This document shows positions 1-8,192 of a stretch of 63,067 nucleotides of DNA, in pieces; the stretch's first letter is position 1, and every line of letters begins with the position of its first letter. Source of the DNA: Vicinamibacterales bacterium (GTDB taxonomy: Bacteria > Acidobacteriota > Vicinamibacteria > Vicinamibacterales > CAVVIG01). The stretch spans positions 1 through 63,067 of the forward strand of contig DASXGC010000064.1 in assembly GCA_036489235.1 (NCBI GenBank), in the 5' to 3' direction. A program made the position numbers and the translations under genes. The notes beneath the pieces were generated by a model. That model did no database searches. It worked only from the letters and a program-made list of their open reading frames with translations, and was not told the origin of the DNA.

Positions 1-67
1 GGTCGACACGTTTAGTCGTCGGCCTGATCGATTCGATCGTCGCTGCCGTGAACTTGATCCGAGCCAT
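1..67 (-). CDS. Partial tyrosine-type integrase, first 22 codons only (gene continues beyond the left edge)
   Basis: A minus-strand ATG at 65-67 gives MARIKFTAATIESIRPTTKRVD.., which resembles the Arm-type DNA-binding N-terminus of P4-like integrases. It is absent from the ORF track because no stop lies in the window. It sits about 160 nt from a tRNA-Phe 3' half. Confidence 0.4.
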   Translation of the reverse strand, partial: MARIKFTAATIESIRPTTKRVD

Positions 68-84
68 GTGTTCGATCCCGCGTT

Positions 85-106
85 CTGGGGTTGCACTGGG
101 GTTGCA
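85..106 (+). repeat. Tandem direct repeat, 2 x 11 nt (ctggggttgca ctggggttgca)
   Basis: Two exact copies read directly at 85-95 and 96-106, in the AT-richer spacer between the integrase start and the tRNA fragment. Confidence 0.8.
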
Positions 107-230
107 AAATTCGGCCAGCGCCTGAAACATCCTGAATCGCCACGGTATCGTAGATCTCTGTTTTTGCACCAGAAATCTTCCACAAGACATCTAATGAATA
201 GTCGTGAACTTGGCTGAAACAAGGTGGTAC

Positions 231-280
231 AACGACTGAAAATCGTAGTGTCGACAGTTCGATTCTGTCCCTCGCCACCA
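231..280 (+). other. Orphan 3' half of tRNA-Phe(GAA), candidate att site
   Basis: Reads AACGA-CTGAAAA-TCGTA (anticodon arm, GAA), GTGTC (variable loop), GACAG-TTCGATT-CTGTC (T arm), then CCTCGCC-A-CCA. No GGCGAGG 5' acceptor strand or D arm lies upstream, so this is not a functional tRNA. Confidence 0.6.
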
Positions 281-494
281 AATTCAAGAGATAGATTGCA
301 TCCGGCGGACCCGATGAACCAGTCCGACGAATCTCCGTTCATCAGCGAAGACGACACCACGACCTTCAGTGGATGGATGAAGTTTCAGGGTTGGAGCGAT
401 TCTGCCGTAATGAGGCGCCGAGCATCTCGCGCTCTGGCGGACACAGTTCGCTGAATCCACGGCGCGTGATGCCGCCGCCCAGAAGCGCGGTCGG

Positions 495-989
495 ATGAAT
501 ATTCGAAAGACTCCTGGCGACCACCTTTATGCTGTCGCCGTCAGGGACGCGTCTGAATTGTGGTTAGTTCTTTGGGTTCGACACTCGGCGCGAGGCGAGT
601 ACTTCGTCTTCCATCCCCACAACGAACGCCCGGCCGACTGGCATCTGAGCTACCACAAAGACGGCAGGGTGCACTCGAAGAATTACGGCCATAAGATGGC
701 ATCCCCCTTTTTTCCGAAGCGTCAGCCATTGACTGCCGAATTCCGTGGTAGCGAATCGCTGATCACGATCGGCGGGTATGCGCCAAAGACGTTGGGCGCG
801 ATCTGCGCACTGGAGGATTTCACAGGGGTTGTTGAACTGGGGCCGCGAGTCTTGGGTCCCAAGCACGGACAGATCGCGGTCGACCTTGTCGAACCCGGTT
901 TCGTCCTCCCCCGGCGACTGGACAACGAGGCGGCGCGGGCCCTGTTCACTGAGCCCAACCCGAACGTTTTGATCAGAGTGTTCCAGTAG
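495..989 (+). CDS. Hypothetical protein (164 aa), no recognised motif
   Basis: Longest ORF in this region. Its composition looks coding, and the overlapping ORFs are shorter and Arg/Pro-rich. Confidence 0.5.
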   Translation: MNIRKTPGDHLYAVAVRDASELWLVLWVRHSARGEYFVFHPHNERPADWHLSYHKDGRVHSKNYGHKMASPFFPKRQPLTAEFRGSESLITIGGYAPKTLGAICALEDFTGVVELGPRVLGPKHGQIAVDLVEPGFVLPRRLDNEAARALFTEPNPNVLIRVFQ

Positions 990-1100
990 GCTGACCGAAC
1001 CGAAGGACAGCATCCGCCTCCGGATTCTCGCGACAATGGCGGGTCTTGGGTCGATACCGAGCGAGTAGAGCTCACCTTCCGCCCGCTGATCGTCGGCGGC

Positions 1101-2186
1101 TCAGGGCAGGAACCGCTGCGCGGCGCCGGCGACCATCGCCAGTGTCAACGCGGCGACCACGACCTCGCCCGCGACGCCGACGATTAGCGGTTGCCATCCC
1201 TGCCTCACGATCGCACGTAGGTTGGTTCGCAAGCCGATGCCGGCAAAGGTCAAGAGAAACGCCCACCGCGAGAGATTCGCGATCGCGGTCGTCTGTGTCG
1301 CGCTGAACACCCCCGCGCTGGCCGCGACGGACATCACGAGAAATCCGAGCACAAACTTGGGGAACTTCTCCCACAGAAAGGTTGCTTTGTTCGCCACAGC
1401 CGCCGCACCGCCCTTGCGAACCCAGTAGGCCGCGTACCCCAGCACCACAAATCCGATCGTCGCGTTGCGAGCGGTCTTCGCCAGCACGGCGACGCGGCCG
1501 GCCGCGTCGGAATACAGAGCGCCCGCGGCCGTTGCTTCCGCCGTGTTGTCCACGGCCAGTCCCACCCATAAGCCATAGGCGCTGTCGCTCATCCCCAAGG
1601 CGTGCCCGATGAGAGGGAACACGAGCAGGCTGACCGCACCGATCGCCAGAATCGCGGCGATGGCATACGACACATCCTCGTCGTCGGCTTCGATCGCGCC
1701 TTTCGCCGCAATGATCGCGGAGACGCCGCAAATGGAGGCGCCAATCGAAAGTAAGCTCGTCAACTTCGGCGAGAGCCCGAAGTAGCGGCCGAGCGCGGTC
1801 ATGACCGCGATCGACACGGCCAGTTCGATCGCCACGCACACCAGACTCACGCCGCCAAGGCGGCCGACGTCACCGAGCAGAAACCGCACGCCCAGCAGCA
1901 CGATACCGGCCTTGAGCCAGAACTCGTAGGTATCGATGCCACGTTCGAAGATCCGCGGCACGCCAACCGTGTTCGACACGATCAAGCCAAAGACGATCGC
2001 CCATAACACGTATTCAATATTCGGCAGGGCCATGTGGTGCGCTTTGCCGTACGCGGCGATCGATTGTTCGGTGAATTTCCCGGCGTAGCCGATCGCCATC
2101 AGGGCGGCCAGGCCCGGCAGCAGGCTCGCCAGTCGCCGCGGCACAGAGACGGCAGAAGACGGTTGCTGGTCGAGTACGGTGGTCAT
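1101..2186 (-). CDS. YeiH/UPF0324 family polytopic membrane protein (putative sulfate-exporter-type transporter)
   Basis: Multi-TM translation that matches my recollection of the YeiH family. I chose the start at MTTVLDQQ (ATG 2184-2186) inside track ORF 1101..2252. Confidence 0.7.
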   Translation of the reverse strand: MTTVLDQQPSSAVSVPRRLASLLPGLAALMAIGYAGKFTEQSIAAYGKAHHMALPNIEYVLWAIVFGLIVSNTVGVPRIFERGIDTYEFWLKAGIVLLGVRFLLGDVGRLGGVSLVCVAIELAVSIAVMTALGRYFGLSPKLTSLLSIGASICGVSAIIAAKGAIEADDEDVSYAIAAILAIGAVSLLVFPLIGHALGMSDSAYGLWVGLAVDNTAEATAAGALYSDAAGRVAVLAKTARNATIGFVVLGYAAYWVRKGGAAAVANKATFLWEKFPKFVLGFLVMSVAASAGVFSATQTTAIANLSRWAFLLTFAGIGLRTNLRAIVRQGWQPLIVGVAGEVVVAALTLAMVAGAAQRFLP

Positions 2187-2190
2187 GGCG

Positions 2191-2283
2191 TCACCACGGA
2201 ATACGGGCGAGCACGCCCAGTTTGACGAGGAGCGCAGCGGCGGTCGCGACAATCACGGCCCACCAGTCACGGGAAAGAGCCAT
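2191..2283 (-). CDS. Small hydrophobic peptide (30 aa, MALSRDWWAVIVATAAALLVKLGVLARIPW)
   Basis: The ATG is preceded by GAGGTG. There is one predicted TM helix. The stop lies 4 nt before the YeiH-family start, so the two are probably coupled. Confidence 0.35.
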   Translation of the reverse strand: MALSRDWWAVIVATAAALLVKLGVLARIPW

Positions 2284-2294
2284 ACACCTCACTG

Positions 2295-2336
2295 AAAAAG
2301 AAAAAGGCCCGGAAAGCGTCGAGCCTTCCGGGCCTT
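2295..2336 (-). terminator. Rho-independent terminator or attenuator hairpin
   Basis: On the minus strand, AAGGCCCGGAA..TTCCGGGCCTT (an 11-bp stem) is followed by TTTTTCTTTTT. It lies immediately upstream of the RBS of the small peptide. Confidence 0.6.
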
Positions 2337-2613
2337 GTAAGCGGCTGAATCTGATCGTGCTGAAGCTAACCGCTCGAGCACGACCCACGGAACAGCGCAC
2401 GGCTGCCGGAGGCTGATTCTCCGAAGCAACAACATGCGCAGGGACAGCTCGTGAACACGATGGGACGTTATGCCACGCGACCAGCGTGACTGTCAAGCGG
2501 TGCTGTCACTGCGGCGGCTGGGCGGTGGTCGGGCCGCACGTGGGCTTCAGGCATTTGTCATACGAGATCGCACTCGCACCGATCGGAGGAAACACCAACC
2601 GTTCTGCGCTCGT

Positions 2614-3078
2614 CTACTTGCGGTACGGCGCAGAAAACTCGGCCGCGATCTTCCATTCGCCCGCCTCCTTCTGCCAGACGCGGAGCGCCGCAGACTCGAC
2701 GGCTCGAGTCGTCCCATTCTTCATCTTGATGCTCAGCGCCGTCGTTTCGTACTCGTACGCCAGATCGCGGCTATCGGCCACGACAATCCGCGCCGGAGTC
2801 TTGATGCTGGTGCTGCCACTTGGTGCTCGCTCCTCGATCGGAGCAATCGCGGTGGAGGCCGGCGTCGGCTTTTCCGGCCAGATGACCGGGCGCTGGTAGG
2901 GTCCCGACCAGAAGATCTGATCCGCCATATGAGGAGCGGGATGCCCTTCGTTCTCGGCGGCCACGATCTTACGAATAGCCGCCTCCTCCATGGCATTGCT
3001 CCCGGCGCCGCGAAGTTCGACGAACCCGATCGATAAGCACCCAACGATCACGCCAACCGCGATAACGCCCGTTCGCAT
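2614..3078 (-). CDS. SnoaL-like/DUF4440 (NTF2-fold) exported protein, possibly a lipoprotein
   Basis: Start MRTGVIAVGVIVGC is preceded by GGAGGA. The C-terminal ..RVWQKEAGEWKIAAEF.. is typical of DUF4440/ketosteroid-isomerase-like folds. Confidence 0.6.
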   Translation of the reverse strand: MRTGVIAVGVIVGCLSIGFVELRGAGSNAMEEAAIRKIVAAENEGHPAPHMADQIFWSGPYQRPVIWPEKPTPASTAIAPIEERAPSGSTSIKTPARIVVADSRDLAYEYETTALSIKMKNGTTRAVESAALRVWQKEAGEWKIAAEFSAPYRK

Positions 3079-3131
3079 AGCTCCTCCGTCCATGAACCGA
3101 CATTTGTCGACGTGAAACCCCATCTACTCCC

Positions 3132-3350
3132 TCAGCCACGCGTTTTTCGGAATTGTTTCAGCGCGTGCCACAACCGCCGGTTCCTTTCGCGATCGTCTCG
3201 ATACTTCCAAGATGCCACGGCACCAAACACGCCGAACGCAATCCCCATCGATATCGTGTCAGGCCACCAGGGCATTCTGTCCGACGCGACGAGATGCATC
3301 ACAACCGCGATGGCGCAGCCAGCACAGAACATCGCAACCGAACGTCTCAT
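3132..3350 (-). CDS. Small membrane protein (72 aa)
   Basis: GGAG lies 7-8 nt upstream of the ATG. Two hydrophobic helices. It is upstream of, and co-directional with, the DUF4440 gene. Confidence 0.45.
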   Translation of the reverse strand: MRRSVAMFCAGCAIAVVMHLVASDRMPWWPDTISMGIAFGVFGAVASWKYRDDRERNRRLWHALKQFRKTRG

Positions 3351-3482
3351 TTTTGATCTCCAACCAGCAGCTGAGCTCGAGCGCCGCGATTCTACGGCAA
3401 TCCCGTTCTACCGGACTTCGTACAATGAAGTAATAAAGACCGTAGATGACGCCACGCACTTGGCTACACTGACAGCCTCAGG

Positions 3483-4055
3483 ATGTCGGAGGACCGCGAA
3501 GACGTCACACGACTACTGGCCCGCTGGGCAGACGGCGACGCGGCGGCGCTCGATCGCCTCATGCCCATCGTTTACGCGGAGTTGCGGAAGATCGCTGACG
3601 CGTACTTACGGCGGGAACGCGGCAGCCATACCCTCCAGCCGACCGCACTCGTGAACGAGGCCTGGCTTCGGCTGGTTCGCCAGGACGGCCTTCGCTTCGA
3701 TCACCGGAAGCAGTTCTACGCGCTGGCCGCACAGGCGATGCGCCGCATTTTGGTGGACCACGCGCGCGCCCTGGCCGCCGACAAGCGCGGCGGCGGCGTA
3801 CCACACACGACACTCGAGGCGGATGTCAGCGCGGGCGCCAATCGGACGATAGAGCTGATCGCGCTCGATGAGGCGCTCGAACAACTCTCCCGTGTGAGAC
3901 CGCGGCAGGCGCAGGTAATCGAACTCCGGTACTTCGGCGGCCTGACGGTCGAGGAGGTCGGCGAGTTGGTGGGTGCGTCGCCGGCTACCGTCAGCCGAGA
4001 GCAGAAGACTGCCGAAGCGTGGCTCGGGCACGTGATGTCGGAACCGCCGACCTGA
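3483..4055 (+). CDS. ECF sigma factor, ECF43/TIGR02999-like
   Basis: The N-terminus ..LLARWADGDAAALDRLMPIVYAELRKIADAYLRRERGSHTLQPTALVNEAWLRL.. is characteristic of this family. A sigma-4 HTH lies near the C-terminus and a Ser/Thr kinase gene follows. Confidence 0.85.
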   Translation: MSEDREDVTRLLARWADGDAAALDRLMPIVYAELRKIADAYLRRERGSHTLQPTALVNEAWLRLVRQDGLRFDHRKQFYALAAQAMRRILVDHARALAADKRGGGVPHTTLEADVSAGANRTIELIALDEALEQLSRVRPRQAQVIELRYFGGLTVEEVGELVGASPATVSREQKTAEAWLGHVMSEPPT

Positions 4056-4071
4056 AAGACTCGGCGCGCGT

Positions 4072-6873
4072 TTGCGCTTGTCAGGAGGAGTCGTGGCGAT
4101 CCCGTTGACTGACGATCGCTGGCAGCGCCTGGAAGCCCTTTTCCTTGCCGCGGCGGAGCTTGCGCCGGAGGAGCGCGAACGCTTCGTCGCCCGCGAGACG
4201 AGCGGTGACCCACTCCTCCGCCACGAACTCGCCGGGATGCTCGCCCACGACGCGGATGGCGGCGCGCGCATCAGCGCCGCAATCGAGTGCGTCGCGCGCG
4301 AACTGTCGCCCGTCAGCGCGTGGATCGGACGGCGATGCGGGAACTACCGGATCGTCCGCGAGATCGGCCGCGGCGGGATGGGCCTGGTCTTCGAGGCGGT
4401 CCGTGCGGACGACGAGTACCGCAAGACCGTCGCACTGAAGATCGCGCCGCCCTGGACGGACGCGGCCACGGTGCGCGAGCGATTCCGGTTCGAGCGGCAA
4501 ATTCTCGCCGAACTGGAGCATCCCGACATCGCCCGTTTCCTCGACGGCGGCACCGAAGACGGCGTGCCGTACTTCGTGATGGAGTACGTTGACGGCGTTC
4601 CGATCAGCACGTTCTGCGAAGAGCGGGCGCTCGATCTGCGCGCCCGTCTCTCGCTCTTCCGCCGGGTCTGCGGCGCAGTGCACTTCGCGCACGAGAGCCT
4701 GATTGTCCACCGCGACCTCAAGCCGTCCAACATTCTCGTCACTGAAGATGGGACGCCGAAGCTGCTCGACTTCGGCATCGCAAAACTTCTCGATCCGCTG
4801 GTGGACGGCGGCACGACCGCGACCGCGGAGGCGCGGTGGACGCCCGACTACACCAGCCCTGAGCAGGTACGCGGACGCGCCGTGACAACGCGGACCGACG
4901 TGTATTCGCTCGGGCTGATCCTGTACGAGCTGCTCACCGGCCAGCGCGCGCAGGTCGCAGACTCATCGTCTCCGGTGGCTCTCGAACGATCGATCTGCGA
5001 AACCGAGCCTCTGCCGCCGAGCGCTCGCGCGGCCGCACCGGCGCGAGCCTCGATGCGGCTGCGCGGCGATCTCGACACCATCGTGATGACGGCCATTCAG
5101 AAAGAGCCCGAGCGACGGTATGGCAGTGCCGCGGCGCTGAGCGACGACATTGGTCGTTTCCTCGACGGCCAGCCGGTACAGGCGCGGCCCAGCACGGCCG
5201 CCTATCGGGCCGCTAAGTTCCTGCGCCGCCACAGCATCGGCGTCACGGCGGGAGCGCTCGTCTTCCTCGGTCTCGCGGCCGGTCTCGGCGCGGCAGTGTT
5301 CGAGGCACGACGCGCCGACCGCCGTTTTCAACAAGTCCGTTCGCTCGCGAACGCCTTCGTGTTCGACGTTCACGATCGCATCGAGTCGCTGCCGGGCAGT
5401 ACCGAAGCCCGGAAGGTGATTGTCCAGACCGGCCTGATCTATCTCGAGAGCCTTCGTCAGGACGCCGGTCGGGATCCGTCGCTGGCCCGCGAACTCGCCG
5501 CCGCGTACCTGAAGATCGGAACTGCCCAGGGCGTGCCGCTGAGAGCCAATCTGGGCGATACCGCCGGCGCGATCGCAAGCTTCTCCAGTGCGCAGGCGCT
5601 ACTGGAGCCGCTCGTCGCCCGCGGAGATGGCGATGCCCGCCGCCTGCTCGTCTCCGTCCTGCTGGAGATCGCCATCGTCCGCGAAGGCCAGGGCAAAGAC
5701 GCCGAGACGGCCGCCGCGCTCGCGCGCGCCACCGAAGTCGGCGAACGTCTCCTGGCCGAAACGCCGAACGACACCGCCCTGCTGTCGGTGTTGAGCGACT
5801 CCTATTCGATGGTCGCGCGCACCGTGGTGAAGCGCGAGGCGTTCGAGCAGGCGGATCGAGCCTCACGCCGATCGGTGGAGCTCACCCAGCATCTGTTGAA
5901 GCTGGCGCCCGCCAACCGGGAGTACCGCGACGACGCGGCCACCGCCTATAACGCGCTCGGCCAGACGCTGCATACCGAAATGCGGCTGACCGAGGCCATT
6001 GACCTTTTTCGATCGAGTATCCGCATTCGCGAGCAGCTCGTCGCGGAGGAGCCCGACAACGCCGAGTACCGGCGGAAGCTGATGGTGAGCTTCGGGAATC
6101 TGGGCGATGCCCTCGGCTACCAGGTCGGGCGAAACGTTGGAGACGTCGCAGGCGCACGGGCCGCATTCGAACAGGCAGCCTCGATGGCAGACTGGGCACG
6201 CTCGAAGGATCCACAGGACCGGCGGGCCCTGTTCGATCTCGTCAACGTGAAGCTCCGTCTCGGATCGCTCGAGGCAGACGAGCCATCCACCCGGCAGCTG
6301 GGGCTGCGACAGTTGGAAGAAGCGGAGCGAATCAACCTGACGCTCGCGCAACAGGATCCGGGAAGCAACCGTTTCCGATCGATCGGCGTGTCGATCGGTC
6401 TGAAGATCGGCGAGGCGCTCGCTGCCCTCGGCCGGACGGACCAGGCAGTTCAGCGGCTCGAGTCTGTGCACGCGAGCGCCAAGGCGCTTCCTGGACCGCC
6501 CGGCCGGAACATCCTCGTCATCGCCAGCCTCCGGCTTGCCGAGCAGCAGGCGCTCTCCGGCAGGCCGGACGCTGTGACGCTCGCCGACGACGTCGCCCAC
6601 GAGCTTGCCGCCGGACCGTTGCTCAACTCGTTCGTCGACGCACTCGCGCGCGGCGACCTCGGACGCTTGTACGCCCGACTGGCCGAGCGCGCTGCGCCGC
6701 TGGATCGCGAAGGCCTCAACCGCAAAGCGGTCTCGAGCCTCGACGATGCCCTCGCGCATTGGCGTGCGACGAAGCTGGCAGCGGAGGTGGCCCCGCGTCG
6801 GGCATCCGAAATCGCGGCGCTCGAGGGCGTTCTCGGACGGCTCAGGGCGCCCTATGCCGGCCACGGCTCCTGA
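4072..6873 (+). CDS. Ser/Thr protein kinase with one TM segment and a long TPR-like C-terminal domain
   Basis: Motifs GRGGMGLVFEA, VALK, HRDLKPSNIL, DFGIAK and SPEQ. A TM helix follows at ..IGVTAGALVFLGLAAGLGAAVF.., then helical repeats. An alternative GTG start at 4093 follows AGGAGG. Confidence 0.9.
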   Translation: MRLSGGVVAIPLTDDRWQRLEALFLAAAELAPEERERFVARETSGDPLLRHELAGMLAHDADGGARISAAIECVARELSPVSAWIGRRCGNYRIVREIGRGGMGLVFEAVRADDEYRKTVALKIAPPWTDAATVRERFRFERQILAELEHPDIARFLDGGTEDGVPYFVMEYVDGVPISTFCEERALDLRARLSLFRRVCGAVHFAHESLIVHRDLKPSNILVTEDGTPKLLDFGIAKLLDPLVDGGTTATAEARWTPDYTSPEQVRGRAVTTRTDVYSLGLILYELLTGQRAQVADSSSPVALERSICETEPLPPSARAAAPARASMRLRGDLDTIVMTAIQKEPERRYGSAAALSDDIGRFLDGQPVQARPSTAAYRAAKFLRRHSIGVTAGALVFLGLAAGLGAAVFEARRADRRFQQVRSLANAFVFDVHDRIESLPGSTEARKVIVQTGLIYLESLRQDAGRDPSLARELAAAYLKIGTAQGVPLRANLGDTAGAIASFSSAQALLEPLVARGDGDARRLLVSVLLEIAIVREGQGKDAETAAALARATEVGERLLAETPNDTALLSVLSDSYSMVARTVVKREAFEQADRASRRSVELTQHLLKLAPANREYRDDAATAYNALGQTLHTEMRLTEAIDLFRSSIRIREQLVAEEPDNAEYRRKLMVSFGNLGDALGYQVGRNVGDVAGARAAFEQAASMADWARSKDPQDRRALFDLVNVKLRLGSLEADEPSTRQLGLRQLEEAERINLTLAQQDPGSNRFRSIGVSIGLKIGEALAALGRTDQAVQRLESVHASAKALPGPPGRNILVIASLRLAEQQALSGRPDAVTLADDVAHELAAGPLLNSFVDALARGDLGRLYARLAERAAPLDREGLNRKAVSSLDDALAHWRATKLAAEVAPRRASEIAALEGVLGRLRAPYAGHGS

Positions 6874-6937
6874 AAAAATCACGACGGGTTTCCGCTTGTC
6901 AGAATGCGGGCGTCTCCCGCCACAAAAGGAGCCCATC

Positions 6938-7462
6938 ATGGTTGTCCAGTTTCTCCGACGCCGACCGGTTGCCGTTGCGTGCGTCGCCGTCGCGGCACTC
7001 TGTGCCGGTGCGCTGTCGCGCTCTGCGATAGCGTTCAACCCGCAGCCCGATCCGCCATTCCTCGGCATGCTTGGCCTCGCGGACGGCCAGACGATGCGCA
7101 TCAACCTGGTCAATCTGGCGACGATCGACCCCAATGGCGTTCCACCGGATCCATGTCGCGGGCGCTTGTCCATCTTCGACGCCGATGGCAACGAACTCGC
7201 CGGTCGGCACGTCAATGTTCCGGCTGGACATGCGACGTTCCTCGACTTCGCCGCAGACTTCTCGACCAACGGCGCCGGCATCACTGCGACGCCGCTTCGC
7301 GCCGAAGTGCTGCCCGCAGTCAGCTCGGACGCCGGCCTGCTTCCACCTGGCCCCTGCCGGATCAGCGTCGAGATCTTTGACACCGCGACAGGCCGCACGC
7401 AGATTGCCGTGCTGCCGCCTGATCCGTGTCGCGGTGCTCACTGCCTTGCGGCCGCACCCTAG
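6938..7462 (+). CDS. Small exported protein with three PP(D/G)PCR motifs
   Basis: GGAG RBS, ATG at 6938 and a signal peptide. The motifs VPPDPCRG, LPPGPCRI and LPPDPCRG are present. Confidence 0.6.
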   Translation: MVVQFLRRRPVAVACVAVAALCAGALSRSAIAFNPQPDPPFLGMLGLADGQTMRINLVNLATIDPNGVPPDPCRGRLSIFDADGNELAGRHVNVPAGHATFLDFAADFSTNGAGITATPLRAEVLPAVSSDAGLLPPGPCRISVEIFDTATGRTQIAVLPPDPCRGAHCLAAAP

Positions 7463-7530
7463 TAGACCGCTTCGGCAGTGCGCCTGAACGGTATGATGTC
7501 GACGATTCGGGGCTGCATGCTGCAGGTCCG

Positions 7531-8130
7531 ATGAATATGCAAACGATAGTTATCGTTGACTACGATCGACGCTGGCCGGACATCTTCGAACAACTGTCCG
7601 CGCGAATCTGGACGGCCGTACGTGGGCTCGCGACGGCGGTTGAACACGTGGGCAGTACGTCGGTGCCGGGGTTGGCGGCAAAACCGATCGTCGACATCAG
7701 TGTGGTCGTCCCGAACGAAGCTACGGTTCGCGACGCGATCGATCGGCTCGCCGGCCTGGACTATGTCCATCAAGGCAACCTCGGCGTGGAGGGACGCGAG
7801 GCTTTCACCACGCCGGGTGCCTTGCCGGCCCACCATCTCTATCTCTGCTCGAAGGACAGTCTCGCGCTGGCCAACCACCTGGCCGTTCGCGGCTATCTGC
7901 GCTCGCATCCTGATGTCGCACGGGAATACGGTGCCCTCAAGAAGAGCCTCGCTCACGAGTACCCTCACGAGATCGACCGCTACACCGAAGGGAAGACCGA
8001 GTTCCTCCTCCGGATTCTCGAGCAGGCAGGGATTCAGGCGGTTGACCGGGACCGCATTGCGAGCGCCAATCGACGACCGAGTCAGGCCGACTCGCCACGG
8101 CCGGCCTCTCGATTCGGGAAGTTACGCTGA
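7531..8130 (+). CDS. GrpB family protein (UPF0157)
   Basis: ..YDRRWPDIFEQL..VEHVGSTSVPGLAAKPIVDI.. is typical of GrpB. Start chosen at MNMQTIV. Confidence 0.75.
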   Translation: MNMQTIVIVDYDRRWPDIFEQLSARIWTAVRGLATAVEHVGSTSVPGLAAKPIVDISVVVPNEATVRDAIDRLAGLDYVHQGNLGVEGREAFTTPGALPAHHLYLCSKDSLALANHLAVRGYLRSHPDVAREYGALKKSLAHEYPHEIDRYTEGKTEFLLRILEQAGIQAVDRDRIASANRRPSQADSPRPASRFGKLR

Positions 8131-8163
8131 AAACCAAAACGGCCGCCGGTAGGCCGGCGGCCG
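8131..8163 (-). terminator. Rho-independent terminator of the 8193..8651 gene
   Basis: A 10-bp GC stem (CGGCCGCCGG-tagg-CCGGCGGCCG) is followed on the minus strand by TTTTGGTTTT. Confidence 0.65.
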
Positions 8164-8192
8164 CTGTCCGAAAAACGATGCTCCCGCGATGA

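Noticed and set aside
1-280. Possible tmRNA (ssrA), because of the T-arm plus ACCA 3' end
   Set aside because: The segment has a perfect tRNA-Phe anticodon loop (CTGAAAA) and a 5-nt variable loop. No tag-peptide reading frame and no complementary 5' acceptor strand (GGCGAGG) occurs in the 230 nt upstream.
12-454. Track ORFs 12..287 (-) and 224..454 (+)
   Set aside because: They run across the tRNA-Phe fragment and the AT-rich spacer. Neither has an RBS and their composition is atypical. The only credible coding signal here is the integrase start in another frame.
2340-2500. ZTP (pfl) or guanidine-I (ykkC) riboswitch, because of GGGTCGTG and ACAAGGCCCGGAAGG strings
   Set aside because: The rest of each consensus is missing (for example CCGCCTGGGCA for ZTP, and GGGTTCCG..GGTCCGAGAG for ykkC). 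The ACAAGGCCCGG string is simply one arm of the terminator stem.
5863-7398. 511-aa ORF on the minus strand
   Set aside because: It is antisense to the kinase and the small secreted protein. Its Arg/Ala/Pro-rich translation is typical of high-GC shadow frames and it carries no motifs.
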